From Sphyrna mokarran (taxonomy: Eukaryota): a stretch of DNA of 64,000 nt. The position numbers and the translations under genes are program-made. The stretch covers positions 64,914,001 through 64,978,000 of the forward strand of contig JAGIQG010000015.1 of NCBI GenBank assembly GCA_024679065.1, read 5' to 3'. Positions 12,100 through 25,158 of this stretch are shown one piece after another; within the stretch, counting starts at the first letter, position 1, and each line of letters opens with the position of its first letter. A model generated the notes under the pieces. The model saw only the letters and a program-made list of their open reading frames with translations. It had not been told where the DNA came from and made no database searches.

Positions 12100-13658
12100 A
12101 ACTCTCATGTTTCCAAGCTTTGCTCAATCGTAATCGCTCTTTGCATATCCCTCTGGATTCTTCTCACTGTTCGCATTCATTTTCAATTTCCCATGTTTGC
12201 TCACTGATCTTCATATCTTCTCTCTCTGCATACTATTCACACACACCTCACACTTTCTTTCTATACACTTCTCTATATGTTCTTCTCCTAATTTTAGAGA
12301 ACTTAAGGTAGACTCAAAGGTTGGGGGCAGAAAAGAACACATCTGTGTCCTGAAAAGTTAAATCTTGGAAGAATTTTGGCTTGGCTGAATTGCCACCTTG
12401 ACCCCCATAATCCATTTGCTGCTCTCACTGTTTGGTAAGATATCTGCATGACTGACAACTGCTGCAACATGCCAAGATAACAGAAAAACTGGGACGTTTT
12501 TGAACACTGAAAATTTGAACACAGTGGGCTCCAAACCTCTGCTGGGACTTGCGTTGGGCCTTGGATAAATTAAGAGAGATGGGAGTTGAAGGCAACGTCA
12601 ATCTATTTCCCAGGTGGTCAGCTCAAGTACAGAACTGCCTAATCCAAGATGAATGCAAGCAGCATGCAGATCTCCCCAGAGCTTTAGAACATGTTTATGG
12701 CTGACCTGGATACTGAAGGTAAGGCATTGGCTTTCCATTATTTTGCACCATTGAAGCTGCTGAGCTAAGGTACCCAAACATTTGACAGCCTAGCTTTATA
12801 ACTGGCTAAAAGTGATACTGAGGAAGAGAAGTGGTAAGCAGCCATTCTCTCATGCTCACCACAGCTGAGGTGGTTCCATGTTGAGACCATTTAGACGTGC
12901 ATACAATGGACTGGCACAATTATTTTCCTACTAAATTAAGAACAAAACAAAATTAATTCAGACCAGCAAGTTTTTCTCTAAACTGAAATTCAAACACCAC
13001 TAAAGCATTCTTCCTATACATTAAGAGACAGAAAACAGATACCCACTGCAGCAACCTCAGCACTTGCTGGAGGTAGTAAAGGACACTCCAATATTATCTT
13101 ACCTCACTTGCACAAAACAACAGGGAATCAAAATCCCTTTCCTAACCACTGATATTTCTCACCTGTGCTAAAAACAATATACTTTCATTGATATAGAGCT
13201 TCCTGCAGTCACAGGACATTAAAAAACACTTTTTAAACAATCAAGCAAAGTGCATTGAAGTGCAGCCATTGCTGTATTGTACTGTACTTTACTGTAGGAA
13301 AGCTAACAGCTAGTTTGCACACAGCAAGCTCCACAAAAAATAATGTGTTAATGACCACATTAGTGACGTTAGTTGAGGGATAAATAAAAGCCAGGACATT
13401 AGCAAACATTTCCCTGGTTGTTTTTGTATAGCGTAACGTCCATCTGACATGGCAGATGGGATCTTGGTTTATAGCATTGTCAGTAATGCTCCTTCAGCAC
13501 TTCATGGGAGTATCAACCTAGATTGTGTGTTCAAATTCCTGAGTGGGACTTGAGCATATAAAAAAGTAGTAATGGAGATACTATACCTGCACTCCAACTT
13601 CTGTTGCACTAAAAGAGACCTAACAGATGCCAGAAAGCCATATAGATTTGGAGTTTAC

Positions 13659-13790
13659 CTGTCCACAGCCATGCTCTGAACTGCAGGTGCATATTATTGG
13701 CCTCTCGACTTCCTTGCGTTCAAAGACACAAACACGAGCACACGTCATCATACTCTCAAAATACCAGTATACTGGTCCCTTCTCATCAGT
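13659..13790 (-). CDS. MGA: MGA exon 11 (TDEKGPVYWYFESMMTCARVCVFERKE...)
   Basis: Conserved PVY.YFESMMTCARV.V.ERK motif. AAG acceptor after a T-rich tract, CAG|GTAAAC donor, 132 nt. Not in the ORF track. Confidence 0.9.
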
Positions 13791-14212
13791 CTTGAGTAAG
13801 CATAAAAATAAAAAAAATGTTAAAGTAAAGACAAGTTTACCCAGGTAGCAAGGAACAAAATGCTCACCTATTATATGTTAATGTTTGATAACTAAATAGC
13901 TTTAAATAACATCACTGGCACATCCTGATAATCTGGAGGATGATTTTCAGGCCATGTATTTTTTGATGTAGAATTACAGAATGGAATTAAAATGTTTGTT
14001 ATTCAACATATTCCTGGAATAATTTTGCAATTTTTATCTTTCAGCAGCAATACTGCTATAGCCTTCAAAGGAATAAAAGGTTTGCAGAGTTTGCTGTGGT
14101 AGAGAAAGAGGCTCTCTGAGCTAAATGGTGCTACTGCAAAACCTCTCACTCAGCAGACAAAATGCACATTTCAGTATTTACAGAGAGATACTCTCTGTAA
14201 ACCCTATAATCA

Positions 14213-14520
14213 AGGCAGCACGGTGGCACAATGGTTAGCACCGCTTCCTCACTGCACCAGGAACCCAAGTTCAATTCCTGACTTGGGTCCTACTGGTCTG
14301 TGCAGAGTCTGCACATTCTTCCATGTCTGCGTGGGTTTCCTTTGGGTGTTCTGGTTTCCTCCCAGTCTGAACAGTGTGCTGATTAGGTGCATTGGCCATG
14401 CTAAATTTTCTCTCAGTATATCTGACCAGTCACCACTGTGGGGCAATTAGGGGATTTTCACAGTAACTTCATTGCAGTGTTAATGGAAGCTTACTTGTAA
14501 TAATAATAAATAAATAAACT
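14213..14520 (+). mobile_element. Shark SINE, tRNA head with an A-rich TAAA tail
   Basis: GGCAGCACGGTGGCACAATGGTTAGCAC (A box), GTTCAATTCC (B box), tail AATAAATAAATAAAC. Confidence 0.85.
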
Positions 14521-15784
14521 AGATCGCTAATATGTGTTTACAGGTCCATGAACAGGAAGCCCATCCAACCTAATTTTTTGCTTTTTTTGAGGGTGCGACA
14601 GAAAACAAACGAGTGTATGACAATGGATTTAGTGTTATGAGTCACAGGCATAATAGTTAAATTTTCAGATGCTCCAAAGCTAATAAATGTGGTCAACCCA
14701 AAAGCTGAAAAGAATAAAATTACAAGAAAATTTGAACACATCAGGAATTAGACTTGACAGGTGAAATTCAATGCAGGCAAATACTGAAAAAATGCATCAT
14801 GAGCAAGAATATAACACATTTTCTTGAAAAAAATGAGACACACATTGCAGGAAGTAGTACTGAAGTAGTCCTGAAAAAAAATTAGAGAATTTTTTCAATT
14901 TGTATTTGTAGCAGAGGCATTTTGGAAACTAATAGTTACTCCTACTAGAAGACCTTATCAAATGGTTACCATTTTTCAATAACTACTTAATTCAACCAGG
15001 ACGTCCGCAGATGCAGCTTCAACATTTGATTGCCCTCCCACTCCAACTAAGAAAGAAGGTTGCTCATGCAAGGCTAGGAAATTTTGTCTCTGCACTGTTA
15101 AAGGACTGTTATGGATAACATTGGAATAGTTTAGGTTAGAGGGTCATTAGATTGGTTCCGCAGGTCGGCGCAACATAGAGGGCTGACGGGCCTATACTGC
15201 GCTGTAATGTTCTATGTTCTACAGTGTGCAAAGCCAATAACCTTTTCCATATCTGCAAATATAGTATAAAATGGTCCATGGGACAACAAAAACTAAGAAA
15301 AAACAAACAAATTTCTGTGTCCATGAAAAGACCATTAGCCTCCTTAATCACAGCATCTCGACCCTCAGTCATAATGAGATGAGGTTATCCAGGAGGCCAA
15401 CATGTCTACCTTTGGTTTGCTCACATTTCTGAAAGTTCTCCTCTCAAGGTGAACATCTATTACTATTACTAATCCGTGCATCTGTGTGATAAAACTAGAA
15501 TTGAATTGGTGCAGTGTCCAGAAGGAATAGCGAAAAATAAAGCTGCAGTCTTAGTGGTGCTCCCCATTCAAAAGATAAATGCCAAGTTCTCCGTTGATCA
15601 TAAATGCATTATATCAATGAATCCGGTATGTTCCAAGAGTTCAGGTGAACCAATCAAATGGATTAACTGATGAAAAAGTTGACTAGATTGCTCCTGTTGT
15701 ATGCAAAAAACAAACTGCCAAAAAATATTGCTTATTCTGAAAGTACATTTCTTGGTCTTGTTCACATAATTTTCATCTGCTTAC

Positions 15785-16011
15785 CTCAGTAGGTTTTGGT
15801 GAACTACCAGGAGTTGACAATTCTGTGTGTGCTTCGATGGAGTCAGGCTCTTTTGGACTAAGTGGAGACTGTGGTTGTGATAAAGAGGGGCATTTGGTGG
15901 TATGACAGGATTCCAAATGAGGTGCAGTGTAGACTGGCTCAGGGTCCACTTCCCCTTCCTGCCGAACCCATAGAGGATATGAACGCACTGGTTGCTCTGG
16001 TTGAGGAACTG
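15785..16011 (-). CDS. MGA: MGA exon 10 (PEQPVRSYPLWVRQEGEVDPEPVY...)
   Basis: Conserved PLWV..EGEVDPEPVY motif. ttccctgcag| acceptor (NAGNAG), GAG|GTAAGC donor, 227 nt, phase 1 to 0. Confidence 0.95.
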
Positions 16012-17768
16012 CTGCAGGGAACAGAGAAAAATCTTAGTGGAAATGGTGGCTAATGGTAATGTCAGTGGACTAGTAACCCAGAGAACAAGTTAATAATCTG
16101 GGGACATGGGTTCAAATTCCACCATGGCAGCTTATGGAATTTAAATTCAGTTAATAGGCTAGTAATGATAACTATGAAACTATCACCGATTGTTAGGCAA
16201 AAGTACCTGATCACTAATGCCCTTTAGAGAAGGAAATCTGCCATCCCTATCTGGTCTGGCCTACACATCATTCCAAACCCACAGCAACGTGATTGACTCT
16301 TAGCAATCTTCTGAAATGGTCTAGTAAACCATTCAGTTAAAGAGCAGTTAGGGACAGGCAACAAAAACTGTTCCTGCCAGTAGCATCCACATCCATTTAA
16401 AGAATAAACTTGTGCACAATGCTGGCTTTCAGCCTCATTCTGCATATTTCTAGATGGATTTATGTCAATTCAGGAGTAGCCATTTGCCAACAATCAGGGA
16501 GCAACATTTATCAGTCTTGTAGGCCCAGGGAGGCTAAGATGGAAGTTTCGAAGCTTCTCAAATTTGTGATGGGACACCTGATAATAGAATACATGAAAAG
16601 AGTAACAAAGTGACAACAACACCAGCCTATGGAGGAAAAAGAAGTAATAATGAAGCAACATAGAGTGAGAAACAGACAGGACAGTAAAGGGCACCAAAGC
16701 AGACAAGACTAGATGATGAAGTCAAAATTAAAATGATAATTTAAGTATAGATTCTAGTGTATAGGAGTCTGCTAAGATTGTTAGTGTATGAGAGATGGGG
16801 CTTGGTATCATAAATAAAGGAACTTGTTCAAACATATGGAAACCAGAATTCCAGAGCCTGGGAAATTCTGAAAAATAAAAGAGGGTGCAGAGATAAAATA
16901 AAAATAAAAGAGGGTGCTTATGGGCCTGAAGGGGCCCATAAGCAGTTGCACTGTTTGTAGACTAGAAGTTGGAATTTTCCTTCTTCAGCACCACCACCAT
17001 ATCTACCCCCACTCCAAACAGATGTCAGACAATCACTCCGTGGTTTCTTTCCCAGCTAACAGGTATTAAAGCTGTCTCGCTGACTGGTTGTTGGCGAGGA
17101 ATTTCTAGAAAGAGATCTGGGATATCTGTATTTCCAGAGCTACGATGGCCGACATGGTTAATGTGTGGAATTCAAAATCCAACGAGGTTTATCCATTCAA
17201 GTTCAAACCCTGCTCAAAGCAATTGAGATTGAAGCTTGCCTATCCAGGACTGCCACTGACTGAGATTGAATTGGAACAGCCAAAAGTCAATTCCCATTCA
17301 AAACACCTTTATAAAGCACCATATCCATCTCCACTCCAGAGTCTTCCCAGTCCTGAGCAAACATCATGATCTTAAAAGTAGTAATATGAATTACCTCTAT
17401 TATCAAAATACCATACCATTACTGGCCATTAAACAAAAGAAAATCAGATCTTTTGGCATGTATAGAAAGTTCAACAGGAAGAACTATAAAATAAATTTAA
17501 GATTGAAAACTGTCTATAATGTTCATTAAGAATTTATTGCAAAATATTAGAAAGAATTACAATTTTCTCTAAGAATAGTTTGTCAGAAATGTAAGCTTTT
17601 CCATTGTAACTATTCTAATTGTATGTGAAGAACCAGTCACACAACCCATGAAATTTGGCCTGCAATCTGAAGAAATGCACAAGCTGTGTTTATGGACTAG
17701 TATTTTCAACTTCTATTCTGTTACTAAACCCTGCTCTCCATTAGATAGTTGATGTGGCAAGCACTAAC

Positions 17769-18087
17769 CATATTCAACCACTTTCTTCTTTTTTCTCTTT
17801 CTGGTTCTTGGTTTCCACTCTTCATCATCTGCCAGTGCATCGTAGAATATCAGATCTTCCCGCAGTGCCTTGCTCAGTTGCCTCCTGCGTCTTCCAAATG
17901 TCTTCAGTACCAACACCTCACGCTTTGGGCACTTACAGTTGAACATGCACTCTGGTTTACGACAATGTGTGGGTGGCTGCTTCATCTGTGATAGACTGGA
18001 ACAAACACAGCCTAAGCGGCAGAACTCATTTTTACACACTGGTGCCCGCTTTGGTATCACCCGATGTTTTCTTGATTGGAGCGTTCC
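17769..18087 (-). CDS. MGA: MGA exon 9, Cys-rich MGA conserved domain (DUF4801-type)
   Basis: KRAPVCKNEFCRLGCVCSSL...HCRKPECMFNCKC followed by basic RTRKRKKKKVVEY. catctag| acceptor, ATG|GTTAGT donor, 319 nt, phase 0 to 1. Confidence 0.96.
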
Positions 18088-18947
18088 CTAGATGAGAGGA
18101 ATATGCATTTTTATAACTTAATCAAATATTAAATCATACTCAGTTAATTTCAACTGAGGTGAGTGTAAACTTCACCACAGCATAAACTTCACCACAAAGG
18201 AAATGTTATCAATACTCTTATAGAAAAGAAAGCAATTTGCTTTAGAGTCCATTGAGGTGATTCTCAGGCCAGCTGTGCTGCTCTAGTGGGAGACGTAAAT
18301 GGAGGCCATGTAGCAAGCTTCCTGCCGAGCGCCATGGCTTCTGTGAGTTTCCAGCATCATCGGAAATCGGTATGGAGCTGATTTGAATATTGAAATTCGA
18401 ATTTAAGTCCCAGTAGCAGACCTGAGACTGAAACGGAGAACTGGTGGCCTGATCCCACTAGAGTGAAGGGAGGGCATGGAAGCCCCCAGGAGGTTCATGC
18501 GAGTGCACTCTGAGTGTGGGAGGTACATTTTGAAAGTCCCACTGAAAAAGGAGCGGGATTTACTCCAACTTTTACACAAATTCGGCACTTAGCATTTTTT
18601 GGGAGAATTCCATCCTAAGGCAATTTCACATTGGACCGGGAGATTCTTGCATCAGCCAGTTTGCTGGATTCGCAACAATGTACATGCCCCGCTTGCATTT
18701 CCCAGCGGAGTTTGCTCTGTACCAAAAATCAGCAGGGAGGCACAAAGACTATTTATAGTGCCAAGGGGATGGGGCATATGGGAGGGGTTCAGGGGTGATT
18801 GTTTATGGTGCGAGGGTCCTGTGGCCACTCTGCATAGGGATTGGTGGAGATAGGAGGGAAACCAGTAATCTGGGCAGGGGATGTATGCCATAGATCGTAG
18901 CACGGCCCGCAGCTGGGCCTGGGAGTGATCAAACCATTGGGGGGGGG

Positions 18948-18950
<3 letters not shown>

Positions 18951-18996
<46 letters not shown>
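18951..18996. repeat. (AG)23 microsatellite after a G-run, inside a GC-rich interspersed repeat (~18257-19307)
   Basis: Read directly. Confidence 0.9.
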
Positions 18997-18999
<3 letters not shown>

Positions 19000-20162
19000 G
19001 AGACAGCCCGCTTCACGAAGCTGGCCAGCGATCAAGCTGCCCAACAAATTGGGAGGCCAATGCAGAGCCACTGTGCATGTGCCAATCTCGGCGCTGACAG
19101 ATCAGTGGATATGCAGTGGCCCATTCAATGCAGTGATTTCAGCTTCTCCAATAGGTACAGGTACTCCCCCCTGAAATTTCACACTAGCAGCCTCTGCAGT
19201 GCACAAGAGTGTGGGAGATCTTCTCTGACCACCACTGGAAAAAAAGCATGAATTACTTCAGTTTTCACTCAAGTTTGACAGTTTGAATTTTTAGGGATAA
19301 TTCCGCACCATGTTTTTCTGTCTGTCTTCTGGAATTGGTTCAGCAAAAATCTACTGCTGTCTTTTGCAACACTATTTCACTTCTGCTGAGACCATAACTT
19401 CAGTATCCTACAACAATACTGCACAAATCTCTCGCTGGCTTCAAGCAGCACACGCATCTGGCATGTGCATCCTGCAAATTCACCTCATCAGTTAATCCAT
19501 CAGTGGAGAACAAAACAATGGCAATGGTACCTGGAGTACGACAGGCTTCTCTTGTACAAAGATAATTGGTTATTTTCCAAAATACAAGACACAAAATAAC
19601 TAGAAAGCAGGAAAACCAGACACTAGATATCAATAACTTGTTTAAAGTATAGTTTTTGATTATGGCTTCAGTGAACTGGAGTTTAAAGAAATTACTAAGC
19701 CTAACAAGGCAGCAATAGGTACACGTACATGCTTGCATATATACTGTATGGCAACCACAACTCTTCAGAAGGACTATGTGACATCATTCTCCCAGCTCAT
19801 GCCTACTCGTTTTCAAGTTGAACAATTCTGAAAATCACCACGGTCTACAATTAATAATATATTGTAGAATCAAAGCACAAGGTGTAGTCTTTAGTTTAAC
19901 AAGTACACACTTCCAATGTTTGAGTATTTGAAAATTGATTAAGATAGTCTTTTTTCCCCCCCAACTGCACATAACTTGATGAACAACATTTATTATAGGT
20001 GCATTACACTTTCTAATTAAAAATAGAGGTCAATTTCCTCGTGCTTTGAATTCATAAGAACATCCGAACAAGGAACAGTAGGTCATTCAGTTCCTCGAGC
20101 CCCATTTAGCCCTTTGTCAACATATTTCTCCAGTTTCTCTTCAATATAAAACTGAACTGTAC

Positions 20163-20707
20163 CTGTGCTGTTAGTAGGGTAATAAGCGATGCCTCTGCTC
20201 GTTCTTCTGTAATGTAAGTCCTTGACTTCCCATCCCAAAGGGCACTGTTCTCCAGATCCATCAACTTCATCTGCTTTTTGGATAGCGCTGGGGGTCTCAT
20301 ACGTGCAGAACAAATTGGAAAGCTGGAAGTTTTAATTGGCGGGCTCACTGTTTTTGAGGTTGGTTTTATGCTGTTTGCTGACTTCTGTTCTTTGCTAGCC
20401 AAGTTGGAACCCTGTTTCGTGGCTTTGGAAGCACAACCAACTGAAATGGGCTGCGGCGAATCCATAGTCTGACTGGATGAATGGGCCTGTTGAAGGGTAG
20501 CATCAGGTGCCCGGTGTTTTAACACGCTATCCAACGTTCGAACATAACTAGAGCTTTTGGTGGGCAGCTGATACACAACTTTTGATACTTTGTTTACACA
20601 CAAATCAGCTCGCTGTTTGATGATTTTCTCTTCATTTTCCAGGTATTCATCTAATTTGTCACTCAAGAAGGCAGAGCGATTTTTCATGGTGCTCTCCTGA
20701 CTGGTAC
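20163..20707 (-). CDS. MGA: MGA exon 8
   Basis: Inside ORF 20106..20732: KNRSAFLSDKLDEYLENE, YQLPTKSSSYVRTLDSVLK, KLMDLENSALWDGKSRTYITEERA..SL.TLLTAQ. 545 nt, phase 1 to 0. Confidence 0.96.
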
Positions 20708-21409
20708 CTGAAACACCACCAAAACAAAACATCAGTTCACTTCTTACTGCTGTCCAAAGAAACTTTCATCGATTGATTTGAGTAGTTCAGCTAAGATACC
20801 CTCCTCACCACAACTGTCTGATTGCAAGTGTGCAATTCTTTAACATACCTACTATCACATAATGAACCAAGTTGATTAGGGAAAGCTAGCTTTGACTTTG
20901 AATGGCAAAGTTTACATGGATTAGTTGCTATCTTGTATCAGCAAATACTCTGCACAAGAGATGCACTGATGTGCTGAAAATATAAAGCCTCAAATAAAAC
21001 AGTGTGTCCCTTCTCTGATGGCAAACTCCCACTATTATGCCCATATAGTGAAATACAAACATTACCGCTGGGAAGATTCAAGGCTCTCCTGCTGTTGTGC
21101 CTCATTTTCATGGAGCCATCACATTTGGCAAGATCAGGGTAGAACAGTTGAGGAGAGTATGGTACAAAGATCAACAGCAGCTTGTGTTCATTGAATGTGG
21201 GTTCAGGGTTCAGGTGGATCACTTTTGTTCTATATATGCTTCCAAGTAATAGACTGCTTGATAGTCCCACATTGATTTTTGTTCCACTGGTTTCAATGGA
21301 ATGAAAAAAACCAAGTGGCTTCCACACACAGTGGGATAAACCATACCACTTGGTTCCCAGTTGAAAGCTATCCCCATTAACTTTACACAGTCACAATTTA
21401 TGAACTTAC

Positions 21410-21529
21410 TTGCTTCAGTCTGTTTGGAAACAGATGTCCCAGACTGCTGTACCAGTTTTTGCTTCCAACCCTTTAGCTTTGTGAAATCATTTGTTTTTCC
21501 TGTTCTGGAAATAAAGGGAATTTCTTCTT
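21410..21529 (-). CDS. MGA: MGA exon 7 (IPFISRTGKTNDFTKLKGWKQK)
   Basis: Highly conserved MGA motif PF.SRTGKTNDFTK.KGW. cctgcag| acceptor, CAA|GTAAGT donor, 120 nt. Confidence 0.96.
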
Positions 21530-22519
21530 CTGCAGGATGTTTATTAAAAAAAAAAATTAGAGAAGATCACACCAACTGCAACCATACAAACATTATCAAA
21601 TCTAAAAGTGATGGTTGTTGCTCATGCAAAAGTAAAGATTGGAGGATAGGGAGAAATAAAGATTTTTAATAAAGGGCTCACTGCTGATCAATTCACTGGC
21701 TGTTAAGAATCTGGATTCACCGTTATTCACACTTCCAGCAAAATGCATTCTATTTATAAAAATGGAAAGGGAAAATAATGTCTGTGTGTCTCTTTTTAAA
21801 ATGACAGAAGTTATTTGAATAAGGTGAGGATGTGAACCAATAATCTAAGGCTGACTCAACTCTCCAACATTTGAGTTAAATAGCGGGAGCATGAGAATGG
21901 ACGAAGGGTGGACAGCTAATCCATCAGCTGTGCTACGTCTGAGGGGGAGGGGGAGGGATGGGGGACATTAGATTAATTTGCTTTTAGACGAAGAAAGGGA
22001 GTTATAAATCTTGCTTGAAAATATTGAGAAGCAAAACTTTTGTTCATACATCCAAATAGTGCTGGTTAGCTGGCCTCAACATGCAACAACAGCCTCTCAT
22101 CTCCCTCCAACTGCACTATTCCAAATTTCCTGGTTTCAGCTTGATGTCTCCTCATGACAGCATGTCATGGTAGACTAAATGTGTGAGAGTAGAACTGCTC
22201 TGGGCATAAATTGGTATTAGTTTGATTTCTTTTCAATTTCATTTCATTATAACGCTTTCATTGAAAAGGAAAACCATCTGGGTTTTGAATACTGATTTTT
22301 ATCCAAACTTTTTACAAATGGTGAAAATTTTTGATTTCACATTTCATTTCTCTTTTCCCTTTAAAATTTTTGTTTAAAAATTGTTTTCTTTCTCACAAAA
22401 CTCAGAAGTCTGCAATGAATTATATGAACACAAAAAATCAATTGCATGCAATTTCTAATATCAATTTTAAAAATGCTCTGGCCTACTAATCAGTACTTTA
22501 AATTCACAATTAAACTTGC

Positions 22520-23070
22520 AAGGATACCAATGTCAGGAGGAACGATAACTTTATATTATACGAAGAAGGTGCTGATTGGTTGGCAAGTGGATTCTGATTG
22601 ACAGAGGTGTAGCCATGGAAAATGCACTAATTGATGGTGACTCTCAGTTAACTGCCGAACATTGCTTGAAATTTGAATGTGACTGATTGGTCAGGGTACT
22701 ATCTTGTGGAAAGAACCAGAGAATGGCTATCGCTTATGTGTGTACAAGTTCTTCCTCTCTGCAAACAACAGGGCCTTGTGTATTAATATATTTAGCTTCC
22801 AGTATATGCAAACATGCCACACTACAAGCCTGACTGCCTATTTTAAATTGGTTCAGTATAATTTTTAGCATACTGTGTGAGGATTATTTAACAAATGTTG
22901 GAACTGGTCCATTCACCATAACAAGCTTCTATCAGAGTCCACCTGCCAACCAAATCTGCATCCTCTTTTCCTTCAGTATAAAGTTGTTGTTTCCCCTGAC
23001 ATTGGTCTTTTTGCGATTCTCCTCATAAATGCAAGATGAAAAGCTTTGACAAAAATGTCCTTTCAGCAAT
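22520..23070. mobile_element. Penelope-like repeat with imperfect inverted ends
   Basis: 22526-22555 is the inverse of 22977-23006; ~22567-22620 is the inverse of ~22909-22965. Confidence 0.5.
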
Positions 23071-23264
23071 TACCTTCAGTAAAAATTAGCATAAATCTTC
23101 ACGGTCATGACCAAAAGATAGAACGAATCAAGCCGATTCCCAATGATAAAATCAATACCGATATTGGGGTGAAACTGAACATGAGCCCCAAGGGTGCCTG
23201 ATGTCAAATATTTTTGTTTAATGTTTGGAGATATAATTTCTCACCAAATTGGTTGCTTACTCAC

Positions 23265-23411
23265 CCTGGTCAGTTTGTTTGGCGGGAAAATTTTCTAAGG
23301 AGTCTCTCCAATCAGGTTTAATGACTCCTGCTGATGAAGGCACTATTACCACTCCTAAGTGTTTAAGATTTAGGTTGACTGTTGACGTCAGGGAGCTCGG
23401 CTTAACACCAG
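23265..23411 (-). CDS. MGA: MGA exon 6 (AGVKPSSLTSTVNLNLKHLGVVIVP...)
   Basis: cctacag| acceptor, AGG|GTGAGT donor, 147 nt, open frame. Similar to MGA GLKL..VD....IDLKYLGV. Confidence 0.9.
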
Positions 23412-23669
23412 CTGTAGGAGGAATACATTCAGTTAGTCAAAGTTTTTTAAAGAATATATTAATCAGCATAGAAACAGGTCGCAGCTCATGTCTTATCTTT
23501 TGTTCAGAATACATTATAATACTGTAACATAAAAATGATCACATGAATTAGATTAAATTAAACTAGGAATCAAAACAACTAGATACATCTCAGATCAGCT
23601 TGGTACGTTTTAACATCTTTCGCAAGTATATTGGCATAACCTTCATGCAATGTTACAAGTACTAGTCAC

Positions 23670-23777
23670 CTGCTTTAAGTGATGGGTGGAGAATAACTCT
23701 GGGATTTAAATGAGTTAAGTCCTCAATCAGCTTCTCTTCTAGCCGTTCAATTTTCTCCTCATCATTTTCTTGAGGGA
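23670..23777 (-). CDS. MGA: MGA exon 5 (VPQENDEEKIERLEEKLIEDLTHLNPRVILHPSLKA)
   Basis: ttcttgcag| acceptor, CAG|GTGACT donor, 108 nt, phase 1 to 1. Matches the MGA motif LEKELIEDL...VIHP.L. Confidence 0.92.
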
Positions 23778-24460
23778 CTGCAAGAATGGAAAGTCACATA
23801 TCATACTAATTGTAAAGCACAGTGTTGAGTACAGAGAGAACATAAATAGGGCTCAAATTTGCTCACAGAATCACTTAAAACTTCAGTAGATACTAGGACT
23901 CCGAACAAAATTTGAAACATTGAGTTAATATCCCACCCTTCAATGTATGTGTGAGAATAGATACTCAGCTGACATATTAACATCCTGCTAAATAACATGA
24001 TTAAAAGGGAGCTGTTTGAATAATTGACTAGAAAAGGAACTGAAGGTTATAGATAAATAATTACATAAAATCAAAATACTGCGGATTCTGGAATCTGAAA
24101 CAAAAATAGAAAATCTCAGCAGCTCTGTCAGCATCCGTGGAGACAACAGAGCTGGCGTTTCAAGTCTAGATGATCTTTATTAGAGCTCTGATGCTTTCAC
24201 AACAACACAAAGTTCTGTTGCACATTCTCCCAGAAAGTTGTTTCCGACCAATTAGTTAAGAATTTTACATATTAATTTTCCACACATCTACCACTGAACT
24301 CAGGAATTGCCACACAGTTCTCAACAGAAGCAAAGGAAAGATTCTGATACAAAGAAAAGCTTGGGTTAATATTCTAAGAGAAATCATTCATGCTCAAATT
24401 AGAGTTTATGCGATTGATAGCTCAACACATACAAGTAAAAAGACTTGGCATAGTTAATAC

Positions 24461-24527
24461 CTGTCTGTTGGATGGAATCACTTGGCTCCTCTGGCACCTG
24501 CTCAACCAGGTGGGACTGCAAGGCATC
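24461..24527 (-). CDS. MGA: MGA exon 4 (DALQSHLVEQVPEEPSDSIQQT)
   Basis: tttgtacag| acceptor, CAG|GTATTA donor, 67 nt, phase 0 to 1. Resembles the vertebrate MGA segment EALDIHAVD (recalled). Confidence 0.8.
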
Positions 24528-25158
24528 CTGTACAAATATTAATCCAAATACTTAAATCAGATAAAGGCCAAACAAGTCGGAAATAAAGATATGGGCATGT
24601 ATCAGTCAGCAAAACCTGGTTAAAAAGACATGAAATTAAGAAGATGTGGCTTGGAGGCAAAACAAACAGCTATAATTGAGCCAATTCTTTCAAACCCTCA
24701 TTCAGCAGTTTGATTTGAGCTCTGAAGCAATGTCTCTATTCTCTAAACCCCTCCGTTTGGTTATCTCTCCAACCCCAATGCTCATTCTCCTTACCTTTTA
24801 CCAAAGCTGCTTCTGGCATTATAATGGCCTGGATTCCATGATCAGCAGCAAATGAATTGGAACTTAGTATGCTTACACTTGTCCACACAATATCTGTGGG
24901 CTTTTACAGTTTGATTAGTGATTTTCAGATAATCAATAGACTAGCATCACCTACAACTGAGACCAGTTTGAGCATGACAAGCGATGGCGCATCTCCTCAA
25001 CTAATCATACTGAAATTCTCACTTGTTAACTATTCTGTCAATAACATCTTAACTGGGGTAACTGTTGAAACAATATTCCAGTATTCTGACACACTCTTTA
25101 ACCATCTACACAAAGTCATTGAATGAGATACATGCCTAAAAATGAATAACAGCCTTAC

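Noticed and set aside
13587-13608. Micro-exon-like AG..GT pair just downstream of exon 11
   Set aside because: It would need an intron of only ~50 nt and has no conserved peptide.
16915-16944. 12-bp perfect hairpin TGCTTATGGGCC/GGCCCATAAGCA beside a short tandem duplication
   Set aside because: Too short for a pre-miRNA; probably a local repair scar.
18652-19251. ORFs with LSLSLS or EREREG runs
   Set aside because: Translations of the (AG)n microsatellite inside an interspersed repeat.
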